DNA of 64,000 nucleotides from Gammaproteobacteria bacterium (GTDB lineage Bacteria > Pseudomonadota > Gammaproteobacteria > Arenicellales > Arenicellaceae), in NCBI GenBank assembly GCA_017854775.1, contig JAFMHC010000001.1, positions 3,095 through 67,094 of the forward strand. Reading direction: 5' to 3'. Under the pieces are notes generated by a model that ran no database searches, was not told where the DNA came from, and saw nothing but the letters and a program-made list of their open reading frames with translations. The first letter of the stretch is position 1; the number at the start of each line of letters is the position of its first letter. The translations under genes and the position numbers were made by a program. Below, in pieces: positions 20,761-30,900 of this stretch.

Positions 20761-21048
20761 CTATTCGACAACGCCGACGATGTCATCTTCTCTCATCACC
20801 AATAAATCTTCGCCATCGACCTTAACTTCCGTTCCAGCATATTTGCCGAACAGAACTTTGTCGCCTACCTTAACGTCTAAGGCGCGAACCTCACCGTTGT
20901 CTAAAATTTTGCCATTGCCGGCAGCGATGATTTCGCCTTCAGATGGTTTCTCTTTTGCTGATTCAGTAAGGATGATGCCGCCAGCAGAAGTTGCTTCTTC
21001 TTCGTTACGACGAACGAGAACGCGGTCATGAAGTGGACGAATAGCCAT
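20761..21048 (-). CDS. groS: co-chaperonin GroES
   Basis: [16 protein letters not shown] and KYAGTEVK motifs. Confidence 0.99.
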   Translation of the reverse strand: MAIRPLHDRVLVRRNEEEATSAGGIILTESAKEKPSEGEIIAAGNGKILDNGEVRALDVKVGDKVLFGKYAGTEVKVDGEDLLVMREDDIVGVVE

Positions 21049-21099
21049 TCGTTATATCTCCAAAAAGGGGTTAATTAAAATAAGTTAAATAAGAGTAAA

Positions 21100-21125
21100 T
21101 TAGCACTCTAATCTAAGAGTGCTAA
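21100..21125 (-). promoter_or_regulatory. CIRCE-type inverted repeat with an 8-nt spacer
   Basis: TTAGCACTC-TAATCTAA-GAGTGCTAA; the arms match the consensus exactly. Confidence 0.85.
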
Positions 21126-21127
21126 TG

Positions 21128-21153
21128 ATATGGGCGAAGTCTATAAAGTCAAT
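21128..21153 (-). promoter_or_regulatory. sigma32-like groES promoter
   Basis: Minus strand ATTGAC...GCCCATAT (-10 similar to CCCCATnT), directly upstream of CIRCE. Confidence 0.55.
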
Positions 21154-21167
21154 ACATAGACTGGGTT

Positions 21168-21638
21168 TTATTTTTTATCTTTTGTCTCAGAGACGGTGTA
21201 TTCACCCTCAATAACGTCACCTTGTTCAACGTGAGGGTTGACCGACGAATTCGAGGAGCCATAAACAGCTCCGCCATTACCTTTGATGAAATTCTTAGCG
21301 GCCCACGCGATCAATGCTTGTCTGACTGGTGGAATTAGAATTGCAAAACCAATAGCGTCAGTTATAAACCCAGGCGTCATCAATACCGCACCAGCAAATA
21401 AAAGAGCGACACCCTCAGCAATTTGCATCGCCGGAACACGGCCTGCATTGGTCTCTTGTTGTAGCTTGGCGAGCGTGGCGAAGCCCTGCTGACGCACTAA
21501 ATAGGCACCGAGCACTGCAGTGAAAATAACGAACGCAATGGTGTTAAATAGCCCTATGGCACCACCAACGCGGATTAGCACGGTGATTTCTGCGACTGGC
21601 ACCGCGATGAATAAGAAAACAAGAATGAGAAATGGCAT
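21168..21638 (-). CDS. fxsA: FxsA family membrane protein
   Basis: EITVLIRVG and LMTPGFITDAIG motifs; usual position upstream of groES. Confidence 0.93.
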   Translation of the reverse strand: MPFLILVFLFIAVPVAEITVLIRVGGAIGLFNTIAFVIFTAVLGAYLVRQQGFATLAKLQQETNAGRVPAMQIAEGVALLFAGAVLMTPGFITDAIGFAILIPPVRQALIAWAAKNFIKGNGGAVYGSSNSSVNPHVEQGDVIEGEYTVSETKDKK

Positions 21639-21646
21639 ATTCAACT

Positions 21647-21674
21647 GATAAGGCCATTTTATAGGTTTTCAAGG
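21647..21674 (-). promoter_or_regulatory. possible sigma32 promoter for fxsA
   Basis: Minus strand CCTTGAAA-N13-CCTTAT; good -35, weak -10. Confidence 0.35.
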
Positions 21675-21746
21675 CGCTACTTGATAAAACCCTTGAGCGA
21701 TCGAAGATTTTTAAAAATCCGCAAGCCTAGCTGGTTTACACCGACA

Positions 21747-22070
21747 TTAATCAGGCTGACGCTGGCCGCCGCATTGCCAACATAATTCAAAATTTGCCGG
21801 GCTTGCCTGCTGACAGCGATTACAACGCCAGTCTGGTCCGCTGACATCTTGGCGCTTGCTTTGAGAAATTATTTCAGTCGCATGCTGAGCAAGCGACTGG
21901 TCGACCCAAAGCTCGGGCCAGACACTAGTAAAAGGCACTTCACCCATCAAACTTGAGGTATGGTGGTTACGCAGCTCGCAAGTAATATCGTGTTGCTCTA
22001 GCAAGCTGCGCATCAACCCTACTTCGACAATATTGTCGGCTGTAAAAACCTTGTTCAAAGTAGATGCCAT
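21747..22070 (-). CDS. DUF2007-like protein with RanBP2-type zinc finger
   Basis: SLLEQHDITC...GEVPF...PELWV; C-terminal WRCNRC...CWQC. Confidence 0.8.
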   Translation of the reverse strand: MASTLNKVFTADNIVEVGLMRSLLEQHDITCELRNHHTSSLMGEVPFTSVWPELWVDQSLAQHATEIISQSKRQDVSGPDWRCNRCQQASPANFELCWQCGGQRQPD

Positions 22071-22082
22071 AATTTCCAGTTA

Positions 22083-23135
22083 TTAATTTCCAACATTCAA
22101 TCTTATCGTTTTTCGATACCAATTATTAAGGAATTGATCTCCTTGATCACCCGCTGGAAAGGTATATCGAGCACCATTAATTTCAACGATTACGTTGGTT
22201 CCTGGCGCAGTTTTTCCAAGCCCCATGTTCAATCCACCTTGGTGACAAATGCGGCCGGTAGTCGCCCTATTGTTAAATCGATACAGATCACCTTTGCCCT
22301 CAAAGCGAAGACTAGCATTGCCGCCCTGGGTATAAGCCTTAAAGTCAAAACAGGCACCTCTTATTCTTCCATTGGCCGAGCTAGATGGTCTGTTAGCTAC
22401 CGGAACTGGGCGTGTATTTCTGGCTGCAGCCGCATTTTTGCGATCAATGCTATAGCGCTGCTGACGGCCGTCAGTATCGACCACGGTTACATCGTTGGCG
22501 AATAAGTCGATTCTTATCCGCTCGGATGTATATCTATTCTCTAAGTAGACTGAGTCACGATCTCGACGGGTTTCATCAAATTGCGTCGATGCTCCCCGTG
22601 TGCGATCCATGCTCCATTGCTTGGCAGCTACTTGTTGTAATGAAACACCGCCGAATACAACTAGCGTTACATTTGCAGCCGTTACGTTCGGGTCATTCCG
22701 CGCGCCGTCATTGCGATTCCGGTTGTCGCGACGTCCGTCGTTTGCACGATCATCGTAGCGGTCATTTCGGCCACTGTCAGCGCTAATAGTTAGTGAACTG
22801 ACCTTGTCATTCCACTGACGATCAAAACATTGAATATCGTTATCAATACGCGCGAATGATCCACGATAGTTATCATCGGCATAAATTCTAACCTCGGAAC
22901 CTTGCGGCACTCGTATTGAAGAAACGCTGTCGTTAGCAAAACCGGCGTCGCGCATACTGCGGTATTCGCCAGCTCTTAAGGTTTGGCTTTTGCCGCCGAA
23001 ATTGCAATGCTCATAAATGGTGACATCACGATACGGATCAATGGATACCCGTTGATTGCTTTGTGCGGTAACCGCACCTGAAAATGTAATTGTCGCTGCT
23101 AGAATCGCAAGCGTTGAAGTTAAATCAAATTTCAT
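22083..23135 (-). CDS. secreted beta/gamma-crystallin domain protein
   Basis: Signal peptide; VTIYEHCNFGG, NDSVSSIRVP, IYADDNYRG and NDKVSSL Greek-key motifs. Confidence 0.88.
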   Translation of the reverse strand: MKFDLTSTLAILAATITFSGAVTAQSNQRVSIDPYRDVTIYEHCNFGGKSQTLRAGEYRSMRDAGFANDSVSSIRVPQGSEVRIYADDNYRGSFARIDNDIQCFDRQWNDKVSSLTISADSGRNDRYDDRANDGRRDNRNRNDGARNDPNVTAANVTLVVFGGVSLQQVAAKQWSMDRTRGASTQFDETRRDRDSVYLENRYTSERIRIDLFANDVTVVDTDGRQQRYSIDRKNAAAARNTRPVPVANRPSSSANGRIRGACFDFKAYTQGGNASLRFEGKGDLYRFNNRATTGRICHQGGLNMGLGKTAPGTNVIVEINGARYTFPAGDQGDQFLNNWYRKTIRLNVGN

Positions 23136-23394
23136 AGTGCCCCCGGATGGACGTGTTTAGATTTATTTATCAATTATAGTGTATCAGCAGCTGCATAGTA
23201 TTAACTTCATGAGCGGTATCGGCTTCATTAGTAAACATGCACACTGCATTAGTTTCGTATTCAAATATAGCAATGTTAGTATTAACCCTAGCTGAACCTA
23301 ACTGCATTGACAGCACATCAAGCTTGCAACAACTTTACCAAGCCGGTGAAATACCGAGCTCCATTCACTTAAATTAGAAATTAATAGAGACATC

Positions 23395-24456
23395 ATGAGT
23401 CGTTTTTGGTCAGACATTGTTAGTCAACTCACGCCCTATGTTCCTGGCGAGCAACCGCAAATTAGCAAGCTAATTAAGCTAAATACTAATGAAAACCCGT
23501 ATGGTCCATCGCCTAAGGTCACCGCGGCAATTTCCACGGCTAACAACCACGACCTGCGCAAGTACCCTGACCCAAATGCAGCCCAACTTAAAGCAACCAT
23601 AGCCAAGCATTTTAAACTTGATGACCACATGGTGTTTGTTGGCAATAGCTCAGACGAAGTGCTGGCGCATGTCTTTAGAGGGCTATTAAAGCAAAGCAAA
23701 CCGCTATTGTTTCCTGACATCACCTATAGCTTTTATCCGGTGTACTGCAAGCTCTTCGAGATTGAGTATCGTTTAATTCCTCTGAACGATGACTATTGCA
23801 TCGGCGTCGACGATTATGCGCTCGACAATGGCGGCATTATTTTTGCCAATCCAAATGCACCAACAGGCATTGCATTATCGATTGAAGAGGTTGAAACCTT
23901 AGTGCAACGCAATCCAGAGTCGGTGATAGTAGTTGATGAAGCCTACGTAGATTTTGCTAATGACAGTGCAGTAAGACTAATCAAGCAGTATGACAATCTA
24001 TTGGTAACTCAAACACTGTCGAAGTCACGGTCACTGGCTGGATTGCGCGTAGGCATTGCGCTCGGCCATGCTGACTTAATCGAGGGCTTAGAACGCATCA
24101 AAAATAGCTTCCACCCCTATACTTTGGACGCTCTGGCTATGGCAGGCGCGACTGCCGCCTTTGAGGACAATGACTACTTCGAAGGCACTTGCGCCAAGGT
24201 GATAGCAACACGACAACGAACCTCCTCCGAGCTTGTTTCAATGGGCTTTGATGTACTGCCATCTAGCGCTAATTTTGTCTTTACCCGCCACTCTGAGCAT
24301 GGCGCGGAGGAACTTTTTCGAGCGCTCCGCGATCACGGCATCGTGGTGCGCTATTTCGACAAGCCTAGAATTAACCAGTTCTTGCGCATTAGCATTGGCA
24401 CCGACGATGAAATGAACTCGTTACTGTCAGTGCTTAGAGCGATAATGAGCAACTAA
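23395..24456 (+). CDS. hisC: histidinol-phosphate aminotransferase
   Basis: KLNTNENPY, NPNAPTG, VDEAYVDF and TLSKSRSLAGLRVG motifs. Confidence 0.95.
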   Translation: MSRFWSDIVSQLTPYVPGEQPQISKLIKLNTNENPYGPSPKVTAAISTANNHDLRKYPDPNAAQLKATIAKHFKLDDHMVFVGNSSDEVLAHVFRGLLKQSKPLLFPDITYSFYPVYCKLFEIEYRLIPLNDDYCIGVDDYALDNGGIIFANPNAPTGIALSIEEVETLVQRNPESVIVVDEAYVDFANDSAVRLIKQYDNLLVTQTLSKSRSLAGLRVGIALGHADLIEGLERIKNSFHPYTLDALAMAGATAAFEDNDYFEGTCAKVIATRQRTSSELVSMGFDVLPSSANFVFTRHSEHGAEELFRALRDHGIVVRYFDKPRINQFLRISIGTDDEMNSLLSVLRAIMSN

Positions 24457-24485
24457 TGGCTAACGTCTAGCACCTAATACTCGCC

Positions 24486-25904
24486 TTAACTGAATACCAT
24501 TTCGTCGTCATCAACCGCTGTGAAACGTAACGCTAAGTTGTCAAGAATGAAGTTCTGATTCAGGCGCCAAGGCTTGTTGGTGGATTGCTTAGGCAGCATG
24601 TCCAGCGAGCGCTGGATATAACCCGAGGTCAAATCCATTAAAGCCATATCTTGCATGTCATCAGTGGCGGTAGCACACGCTTGGCTGTAGTTGTTTTTGT
24701 CCATGTGATTAATCAACCGGCTGGCGTAACGATGGGTTAAGTCAACCTTCAAAGTCCAAGATGCATTAGTGTAGCCGACCGCAAGAAATGTGTTTGGCAC
24801 GCCGCTAAGCATCATGCCCTTGTACGCGTAGGTCTCTTTAGCCACTAAGGGCTCGCCATCGATCACAAAATCAATTCCGCCAAAGAATTGCATTTTCAAA
24901 CCGGTGGCGGTAACGATCACATCGGCGTCCAAGCTGGTGCCCGACTTTAGCAAAATGCCGCGTTCGTTGAAGCCTGCAATGTGATCCGTTTCGATACTTG
25001 CTTTATCGGCTTTTATGGCCTTAAAAAAATCAGCATCCGGACATAGACAAACTCGTTGATCCCACGGGTTATAATTTGGAGTGAAGTGCTTTGCCTCAAA
25101 TTTGTCCCCAAGCTCGGCTTTCACTTGATCAGTAATTTTCTCTTTGGCACGCTCAGGCCATGTTTTGCAGTACCAGTAGATAAGCATGGTGCTCAATATA
25201 AACCACCACCTAGCCGCCCACCTACCGACCCATTTACTCAAGCCATTGGCAATTGGGTCAACCGATGGCTTAGAGCCCATGTAGGTTGGCGAGCGCTGTA
25301 ACATAGTGACATGTTTAGCCGTTTTCGACATGTTTGGCACTAGAGTAACGGCGGTCGCGCCACTGCCAATGATGACCACATTCTTATCTGCGTAATCGGC
25401 GTCTTCAGGCCAGAACTGAGGGTGAATTACCTCACCTTTAAACTTCTCAATACCGTCAAACTTGGGCGCATGAGCCTCGTCATAGTTGTAGTAACCGGCA
25501 CACATGAAAATATAGCGACATGTGAAAACCTCACCATCGGCGGCCTCAAGTGTCCAGATCGACTGCTCAGAAGACCAATTTGCCTTAACGATATGTACAC
25601 CGTATTGAATCTGTTTGTCGATTCCATATTCGCGCACGGTTTCATCAAGATAGCTAAGAATTTTATGCTTTTCGGCAATCGACGACTTGTCGTCCCATGA
25701 GCGAAACGAAAATCCAAAGGTATACATGTCAGAATCTGAGCGTATCCCAGGGTAATTGAATAGATCCCAGGTTCCACCTAAGGCCTGGCGACGCTCCAAA
25801 ATCTTGTAACTCTTACCTTTATTGTAGGTTTGTAAGTGGTAAGCAGCACTGATGCCCGAGATTCCCGCACCAATAATGATGGCGTCGTGATGTGATATTG
25901 TCAT
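24486..25904 (-). CDS. flavin-containing monooxygenase (EthA/AlmA-like)
   Basis: GAGISG, WDLFNYPGIRSDSD, HPQFWP and GSGATA motifs. The start at MTIS overlaps the upstream stop (ATGA). Confidence 0.92.
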   Translation of the reverse strand: MTISHHDAIIIGAGISGISAAYHLQTYNKGKSYKILERRQALGGTWDLFNYPGIRSDSDMYTFGFSFRSWDDKSSIAEKHKILSYLDETVREYGIDKQIQYGVHIVKANWSSEQSIWTLEAADGEVFTCRYIFMCAGYYNYDEAHAPKFDGIEKFKGEVIHPQFWPEDADYADKNVVIIGSGATAVTLVPNMSKTAKHVTMLQRSPTYMGSKPSVDPIANGLSKWVGRWAARWWFILSTMLIYWYCKTWPERAKEKITDQVKAELGDKFEAKHFTPNYNPWDQRVCLCPDADFFKAIKADKASIETDHIAGFNERGILLKSGTSLDADVIVTATGLKMQFFGGIDFVIDGEPLVAKETYAYKGMMLSGVPNTFLAVGYTNASWTLKVDLTHRYASRLINHMDKNNYSQACATATDDMQDMALMDLTSGYIQRSLDMLPKQSTNKPWRLNQNFILDNLALRFTAVDDDEMVFS

Positions 25905-26800
25905 TTTCTCGCCGAATCGCCTGTAAAATAAGGGGCCAAGGTTTGTTTCCATTGGTCGACTAGACCGGAGTCATCGTGATCCCAAGGATGAAAATCGTTT
26001 TCCATAAACTGCTTATACAGACCACGCATATCACTGATCAAGCCGCCTTCGCCATAGAGACTATTCCAAAGCTCTTTTCGCTCCTTCCAAGTGACCTTGT
26101 GGCCCAACTGTTTGAGCAAAAATCGGCTCGACATCCAAATGTTAAAGGGGAATTCAAAACGAGTGAAAATTTTATATTGCTGACGCAATAATTTACGATC
26201 ACCGACGCATTGTTGATATACATCAAAGGCAACCGACTTATGCTCGATTTCTTCGATCGCGTGCCACAAAAATAAATTGCGGAATGATTCAGGAAAATTA
26301 GCCATATGCTCTGGGTGGGTTAAAGCATGATGAGCCATAACCGCCGTTACATGTTCAGCACAAACTGTTCTTGCCAAGCGCTTTTCAGGTGTCCAATTTT
26401 GCTCTCGCTCTTTTAACTTAACTTTGAAGAAGTCATTGAGCTTGCCGGTCTCGTAGCCTAATTTATCAAACTCTTTATTCACCAACCTATGCTGCAACGA
26501 ATGATGTGCCTCTTGGTGTGCGAAGTCGCGCACCTCTGCTTTGAGTTTTGGATCAGTGATTTGATCTTCAAACAACATTACCGATTTAATAAATTCGCCC
26601 TCTCCCGCTGGAAAACTTGCCGACATAGCAACCCACATAGCACTGATACAACTATTGCCGTTGTAATAAAAAGGGCCGTCAAAATCATCGAACTCGAACC
26701 TTACTCGGCGGGGCACAATTTCGAGTTTAGAGCGCGACGGCGAGGCCGCAAGGCTGCTAGGGCTGAACGAATCGCTCAAAGATGGATTATTTATCGACAT
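25901..26800 (-). CDS. metal-dependent hydrolase (ferritin-like, PF10118-type)
   Basis: FPAGEGEFI, QEAHHS, CAEHVTA and WHAIEEIEHKSVAFDVY motifs. Confidence 0.88.
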   Translation of the reverse strand: MSINNPSLSDSFSPSSLAASPSRSKLEIVPRRVRFEFDDFDGPFYYNGNSCISAMWVAMSASFPAGEGEFIKSVMLFEDQITDPKLKAEVRDFAHQEAHHSLQHRLVNKEFDKLGYETGKLNDFFKVKLKEREQNWTPEKRLARTVCAEHVTAVMAHHALTHPEHMANFPESFRNLFLWHAIEEIEHKSVAFDVYQQCVGDRKLLRQQYKIFTRFEFPFNIWMSSRFLLKQLGHKVTWKERKELWNSLYGEGGLISDMRGLYKQFMENDFHPWDHDDSGLVDQWKQTLAPYFTGDSARK

Positions 26801-26843
26801 TTACTTAACCTGTCCTCAGTCAAATGGTGAAATTCATGTTGTT

Positions 26844-26861
26844 GTTTACAGCTTTGTAAAC
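26844..26861. promoter_or_regulatory. palindrome, candidate TetR operator
   Basis: GTTTACA-gctt-TGTAAAC between the divergent hydrolase and tetR genes. Confidence 0.35.
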
Positions 26862-27001
26862 TAGAATAACTACTTTAGAGGCAATTTACAGTTCTGTCAA
26901 CACAGTCTGAACTAAGTAATGCTTGTGAACACTTCACTTGGTAACTTTTTATTAACTTCCTTTCTAGTAGCAACTTCTTTGGATACAGCAGAAACTAAAT
27001 A

Positions 27002-27664
27002 ATGGCACGTAAAACACATAGCTCTCCCGAACAAGCTCAGCAGGCTATTCTTGATGCCGCAGAGGCGCTGATGATTGAGGTCGGCCCGGCCGGCCTGCGT
27101 ATTAGTGCAGTGGCAAAAAAAGCAGGCATGGCCCATCCAAATATCATTCACCATTTTGGCTCCAGAGATGGGCTAATTAATGCGCTAGCCGAACGCGTGG
27201 GTCAACGAGCCACGGCAAGAATAACCAAAGCGATCAAGCAGGCAACCGACGCCGAACCCGAAGATCGCATTGCGGCAATGACTCACGTTTTAGATACCGC
27301 TTACCCTGGAGATGAGGGAAAAGCGGCTGTATGGCTGCACCTCAGCGGGGCGCAAAGCTCGTTAAAGCCCAACATGGAACGAATCGTTGAATTATCACAT
27401 AGCTTGCGAAAGACAATTGACCCAGACGCCAGCCTTGCCAATACCAACAGATTAGTCATGCTGGTTACTCTTGCTCTGGTTGGTGAGGTAGTTTCAGGTC
27501 AAGGAATTAAAGGCGCTCTCGGCTTCAGTGACGACGAAGCCGATGATGACGCCGACGATAGCCGAGCACATTTTCGTCGTTGGCTAACTGAGATTTTGCT
27601 CAACTTATCTGATCGCCAATTAAACACAAGCCTTAGCGACAACAATCAACTGGAAAGTAAATAA
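27002..27664 (+). CDS. TetR-family regulator
   Basis: ILDAAEAL...LRISAVAKKAGMAHPNIIHHFGS. Confidence 0.93.
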   Translation: MARKTHSSPEQAQQAILDAAEALMIEVGPAGLRISAVAKKAGMAHPNIIHHFGSRDGLINALAERVGQRATARITKAIKQATDAEPEDRIAAMTHVLDTAYPGDEGKAAVWLHLSGAQSSLKPNMERIVELSHSLRKTIDPDASLANTNRLVMLVTLALVGEVVSGQGIKGALGFSDDEADDDADDSRAHFRRWLTEILLNLSDRQLNTSLSDNNQLESK

Positions 27665-27665
27665 T

Positions 27666-28520
27666 ATGAATAAATTTAATAATTCGGTCGCGGTTGTTAC
27701 CGGTGCTGGTAGCGGTATCGGCCGACATCTGGCTCTTAAACTTGCGTCTTATGGCGCATCACTTGCCATCTCTGACATAAACGTCGACGGCTTAGCCGAG
27801 ACTAAAGCCCAAGCTACAAAACTGCTAAAAAATTCCAATACACGAATCGTTGCTAGCGCACTAGACGTTTCAAACCGGGAGGCAGTATTTGCCTATGCCG
27901 AAGAAATTAAGCAAGAATTTGGTTCGGTGAATTTAGTCATTAATAACGCGGGAGTTGCTTTATCTTCTGGCACCTTGAGCGAAACCAGTGTTGACGATTT
28001 TGAATGGTTAATGAGCATCAATTTTTCTGGCGTTTTGTATGGTACAAAGGCTTTTTTACCGATCCTTGAAGAAGCCGAGTGGGGGCACATTGTTAATATA
28101 TCGAGCCTATTCGGCTTAATCGGCGTAGCCGAACAATCGGCTTATAACGCCAGTAAGTTCGCAGTTCGCGGTATGACAGAAGCGCTAAGACAAGAGCTCG
28201 ATGCAGCCAATAGCCATATCAGCTGCACGTCGATACATCCCGGCGGCATAAAGACCCAGATCGCAATGAACTCTCGGGTAAGTAAACCGCTTGATAGTGA
28301 TACTAAGAAACTTAAGGAAAACTTTGAAGACCTTGCAATGACCACTCCAGAATCTGCAGCCGAACAAATTTTAACGTCGGTTTTAAAAAATAAGCGCCGT
28401 TTAGTACTAGGCAAAGACGCTAAAGCTTTAGATTGGGTACAACGTCTTTTTCCGAATCATTACCAGCGAGTTATAAATTGGTTTATGCAGCGCGCTTTAG
28501 CTAAGAGCTCTAAGACTTAA
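27666..28520 (+). CDS. short-chain dehydrogenase/reductase
   Basis: TGAGSGIG, NNAG and YNASK motifs. Confidence 0.95.
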   Translation: MNKFNNSVAVVTGAGSGIGRHLALKLASYGASLAISDINVDGLAETKAQATKLLKNSNTRIVASALDVSNREAVFAYAEEIKQEFGSVNLVINNAGVALSSGTLSETSVDDFEWLMSINFSGVLYGTKAFLPILEEAEWGHIVNISSLFGLIGVAEQSAYNASKFAVRGMTEALRQELDAANSHISCTSIHPGGIKTQIAMNSRVSKPLDSDTKKLKENFEDLAMTTPESAAEQILTSVLKNKRRLVLGKDAKALDWVQRLFPNHYQRVINWFMQRALAKSSKT

Positions 28521-28552
28521 AGTTTAATTTAAGTTAAAAATAGTCCGCGATC

Positions 28553-29140
28553 TCAGGTCGGCTGGTTGCCGGCTTTCCACTTGATATTACAGCCAATACT
28601 CGCAATCTGGTGGGGATTAACAGCCTCGCCTAAATAGACAGAATTAATCGCCGCCGCTAATTGATCACCACTGACTTCAACTGAATTGCCTGGGCGAGCG
28701 GCGTCCATTTGGCCCCTATACTGCAAAGCATGGTCGGCATCAAACACAAAGAAGTCGGGAGTGCATGCCGCCGCATAGGCTTTTGCAACCTGTTGGCTCT
28801 CATCGTATAGATACGGAAAATTAAAGCCATATTGATGAGCAAATTCAGTCATCGCCTCTGGGCCATCTTGCGGATAATTTAGTACGTCATTTGAGCTAAT
28901 CGCCACAACAGCAAAGCCCTTATTGACCGCATCGTTAGCAAGCTCGGCCATACGTTCAGCGATATGGATTACATAGGGGCAGTGGTTACAGATAAACATG
29001 ACCAGTAACGGCTTAGCACTTAATTCATTTAGACTAACGCCCGCTTCGGCCTTACCCAGCATAGGTTGATTTCGATTCGGTAAGGTAAAATCCGCTGCAG
29101 GCGACCCAAGCGCGCGCATTGTGGAAAGAACCGCCGACAC
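28553..29140 (-). CDS. thioredoxin-fold (AhpC/TSA, PRXL-like) protein
   Basis: FICNHCPYV, ACTPDFF and IGCNIKW motifs. Confidence 0.9.
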   Translation of the reverse strand: MSAVLSTMRALGSPAADFTLPNRNQPMLGKAEAGVSLNELSAKPLLVMFICNHCPYVIHIAERMAELANDAVNKGFAVVAISSNDVLNYPQDGPEAMTEFAHQYGFNFPYLYDESQQVAKAYAAACTPDFFVFDADHALQYRGQMDAARPGNSVEVSGDQLAAAINSVYLGEAVNPHQIASIGCNIKWKAGNQPT

Positions 29141-29838
29141 TAGGACTTACCCCGGCTGGCTATTGACTTGGTGATTTTGTCAGCATTTTCACGACTTAGT
29201 TTTCGCGTCTCCATGCCCTTCAAAACCCCTCGCTCAGCCTCGGTTAATACTTGCATCGGCCACTCTAATAGCTCATGAAGATTGGCCAACATACGCAGGC
29301 TTAAACCCCAAAGTATTTGCTCCTTGCTTTGATCGATCATCACCGCAGGCATGCTCAAAGCAGGGTCTTTGGGATGTTTATAATCGAAAGCATTGGCCCG
29401 GTCATCTAACACACTGATAGGCAGCCAAACCATATCTGCCACTTCATAGTTAGCCAGCAAATCAAGCTCTCGTTGTGGCTTAAAAACAAAACAGGCAATG
29501 TGTACGCTGAATACGTCATTGATTTTTAAGCCATAGAGATCATCGAGTTGGCCGATGAAATCATCATCGGTCAGTTCAGCGCCGACTTCTTCAAACGCTT
29601 CACGCACGGCAGCCGCCTTTGAGTCAGCATCTTCGCGCTCTATCTTGCCGCCAGGAAACGACATTTGCCCCGACCACGGATCGTTCTCATGCTTGGCTCT
29701 TTGCATCATCAGCAATTCAGTACCATGCTCACCATCACGCAATATAATTGAAACGGCGGCCTTGATAACGCTCTCTTGCGGGCGCACGCGGGGCTGATAG
29801 TCTCGAATACGTTGAATTTCTGATGCCCCAATTAACAT
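29140..29838 (-). CDS. Nudix hydrolase, CoA pyrophosphatase-like
   Basis: WSGQMSFPGG and AAVREAFEEVG (Nudix box); ILWGLS. Confidence 0.9.
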   Translation of the reverse strand: MLIGASEIQRIRDYQPRVRPQESVIKAAVSIILRDGEHGTELLMMQRAKHENDPWSGQMSFPGGKIEREDADSKAAAVREAFEEVGAELTDDDFIGQLDDLYGLKINDVFSVHIACFVFKPQRELDLLANYEVADMVWLPISVLDDRANAFDYKHPKDPALSMPAVMIDQSKEQILWGLSLRMLANLHELLEWPMQVLTEAERGVLKGMETRKLSRENADKITKSIASRGKS

Positions 29839-29934
29839 AAAAGCATTTTTAGGTAGTCTGTCATCGCTACAATTATGCCCTAAGGCATCAAAGTGTTCTA
29901 GAATACAAACCTAGCAACTGATTAATAATTTTCC

Positions 29935-30753
29935 ATGAGTTTATTCACAGATTCAATCGCGGTAGCAACCAACAGCATTCAAAAACAATACGCCGAGAAG
30001 ATCGATTGCGCAATTATCTTGGGCAGTGGGTTATCAGAATTGTCGCTGGATGGATTTCAACAGCTCGCGCGCATTCACTATAGTGATATAGAGGGGCTGC
30101 CAACGCTAACCGCACCCAGCCATAAAGGTGAAATTAATATCGTCAGCAATGGCTTAAAAACCATCGCCCTGTGCGCTGGCCGCCATCATCTCTATGAAGG
30201 CTATAATGCACAACAAGTAACGACATTGGTTTACACCTTAGCTCAATTGGGCGCCAGCGAACTCATTATTACTAACGCCGCTGGGGCACTAAACCCGGAT
30301 TTTCGACCTGGCGATGTAATGTTAATAGAGGACCATATTAATTTCACCGGCCATAATCCAATACGAGGCCAAGACCAAAGCTTTGGAATATTATTCCCAG
30401 ACATGTCAGAGGCCTATAGCCTTAATCGAATAGGGCAAGCTTCGCTCGCGGCCGAAAAACATCAGGTTCGCTTGCATAGAGGTATCTATATTGGCGTACT
30501 AGGGCCATCGCTAGAAACATCAGCCGAGCGACGCATGATGCGCAGCTTCGGAGCCGACGCAGTAGGCATGTCTACCGTACTTGAAAGCACCGCCGCTAAT
30601 CATTGCGGCATGCAGGTTCTCGGTTTGTCAGCGATTACAAATCTAGCGCTAGGCGATGCCGATCAGCAACCTGACACGATTGAAGAAGTACTTGAAAATG
30701 CCGCCATCGCAGGGCAAGGAATGAAAAAAATCTTAAATGAGATACTCAGCTAG
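29935..30753 (+). CDS. punA: purine nucleoside phosphorylase (trimeric type)
   Basis: IILGSGL, GRHHLYEG, TNAAG, GPSLETSAE, VGMSTV and ITN motifs. Confidence 0.92.
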   Translation: MSLFTDSIAVATNSIQKQYAEKIDCAIILGSGLSELSLDGFQQLARIHYSDIEGLPTLTAPSHKGEINIVSNGLKTIALCAGRHHLYEGYNAQQVTTLVYTLAQLGASELIITNAAGALNPDFRPGDVMLIEDHINFTGHNPIRGQDQSFGILFPDMSEAYSLNRIGQASLAAEKHQVRLHRGIYIGVLGPSLETSAERRMMRSFGADAVGMSTVLESTAANHCGMQVLGLSAITNLALGDADQQPDTIEEVLENAAIAGQGMKKILNEILS

Positions 30754-30900
30754 GCTGGATAATGTAGTCAGTTTGGTGAGCAAAGGCTAAATAAGCGAAT
30801 AGCTCGACAAGATAACGATTTGAAATATGGGGTAGCTCTTAACTTAAGATGCCCTCAAGCCGAACAGAACACTAATCACTCAGCGATATCAGAATAAGAC

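Noticed and set aside
23395-24456. Stand-alone hisC as an anomaly
   Set aside because: hisC copies outside the his operon are common in proteobacteria.
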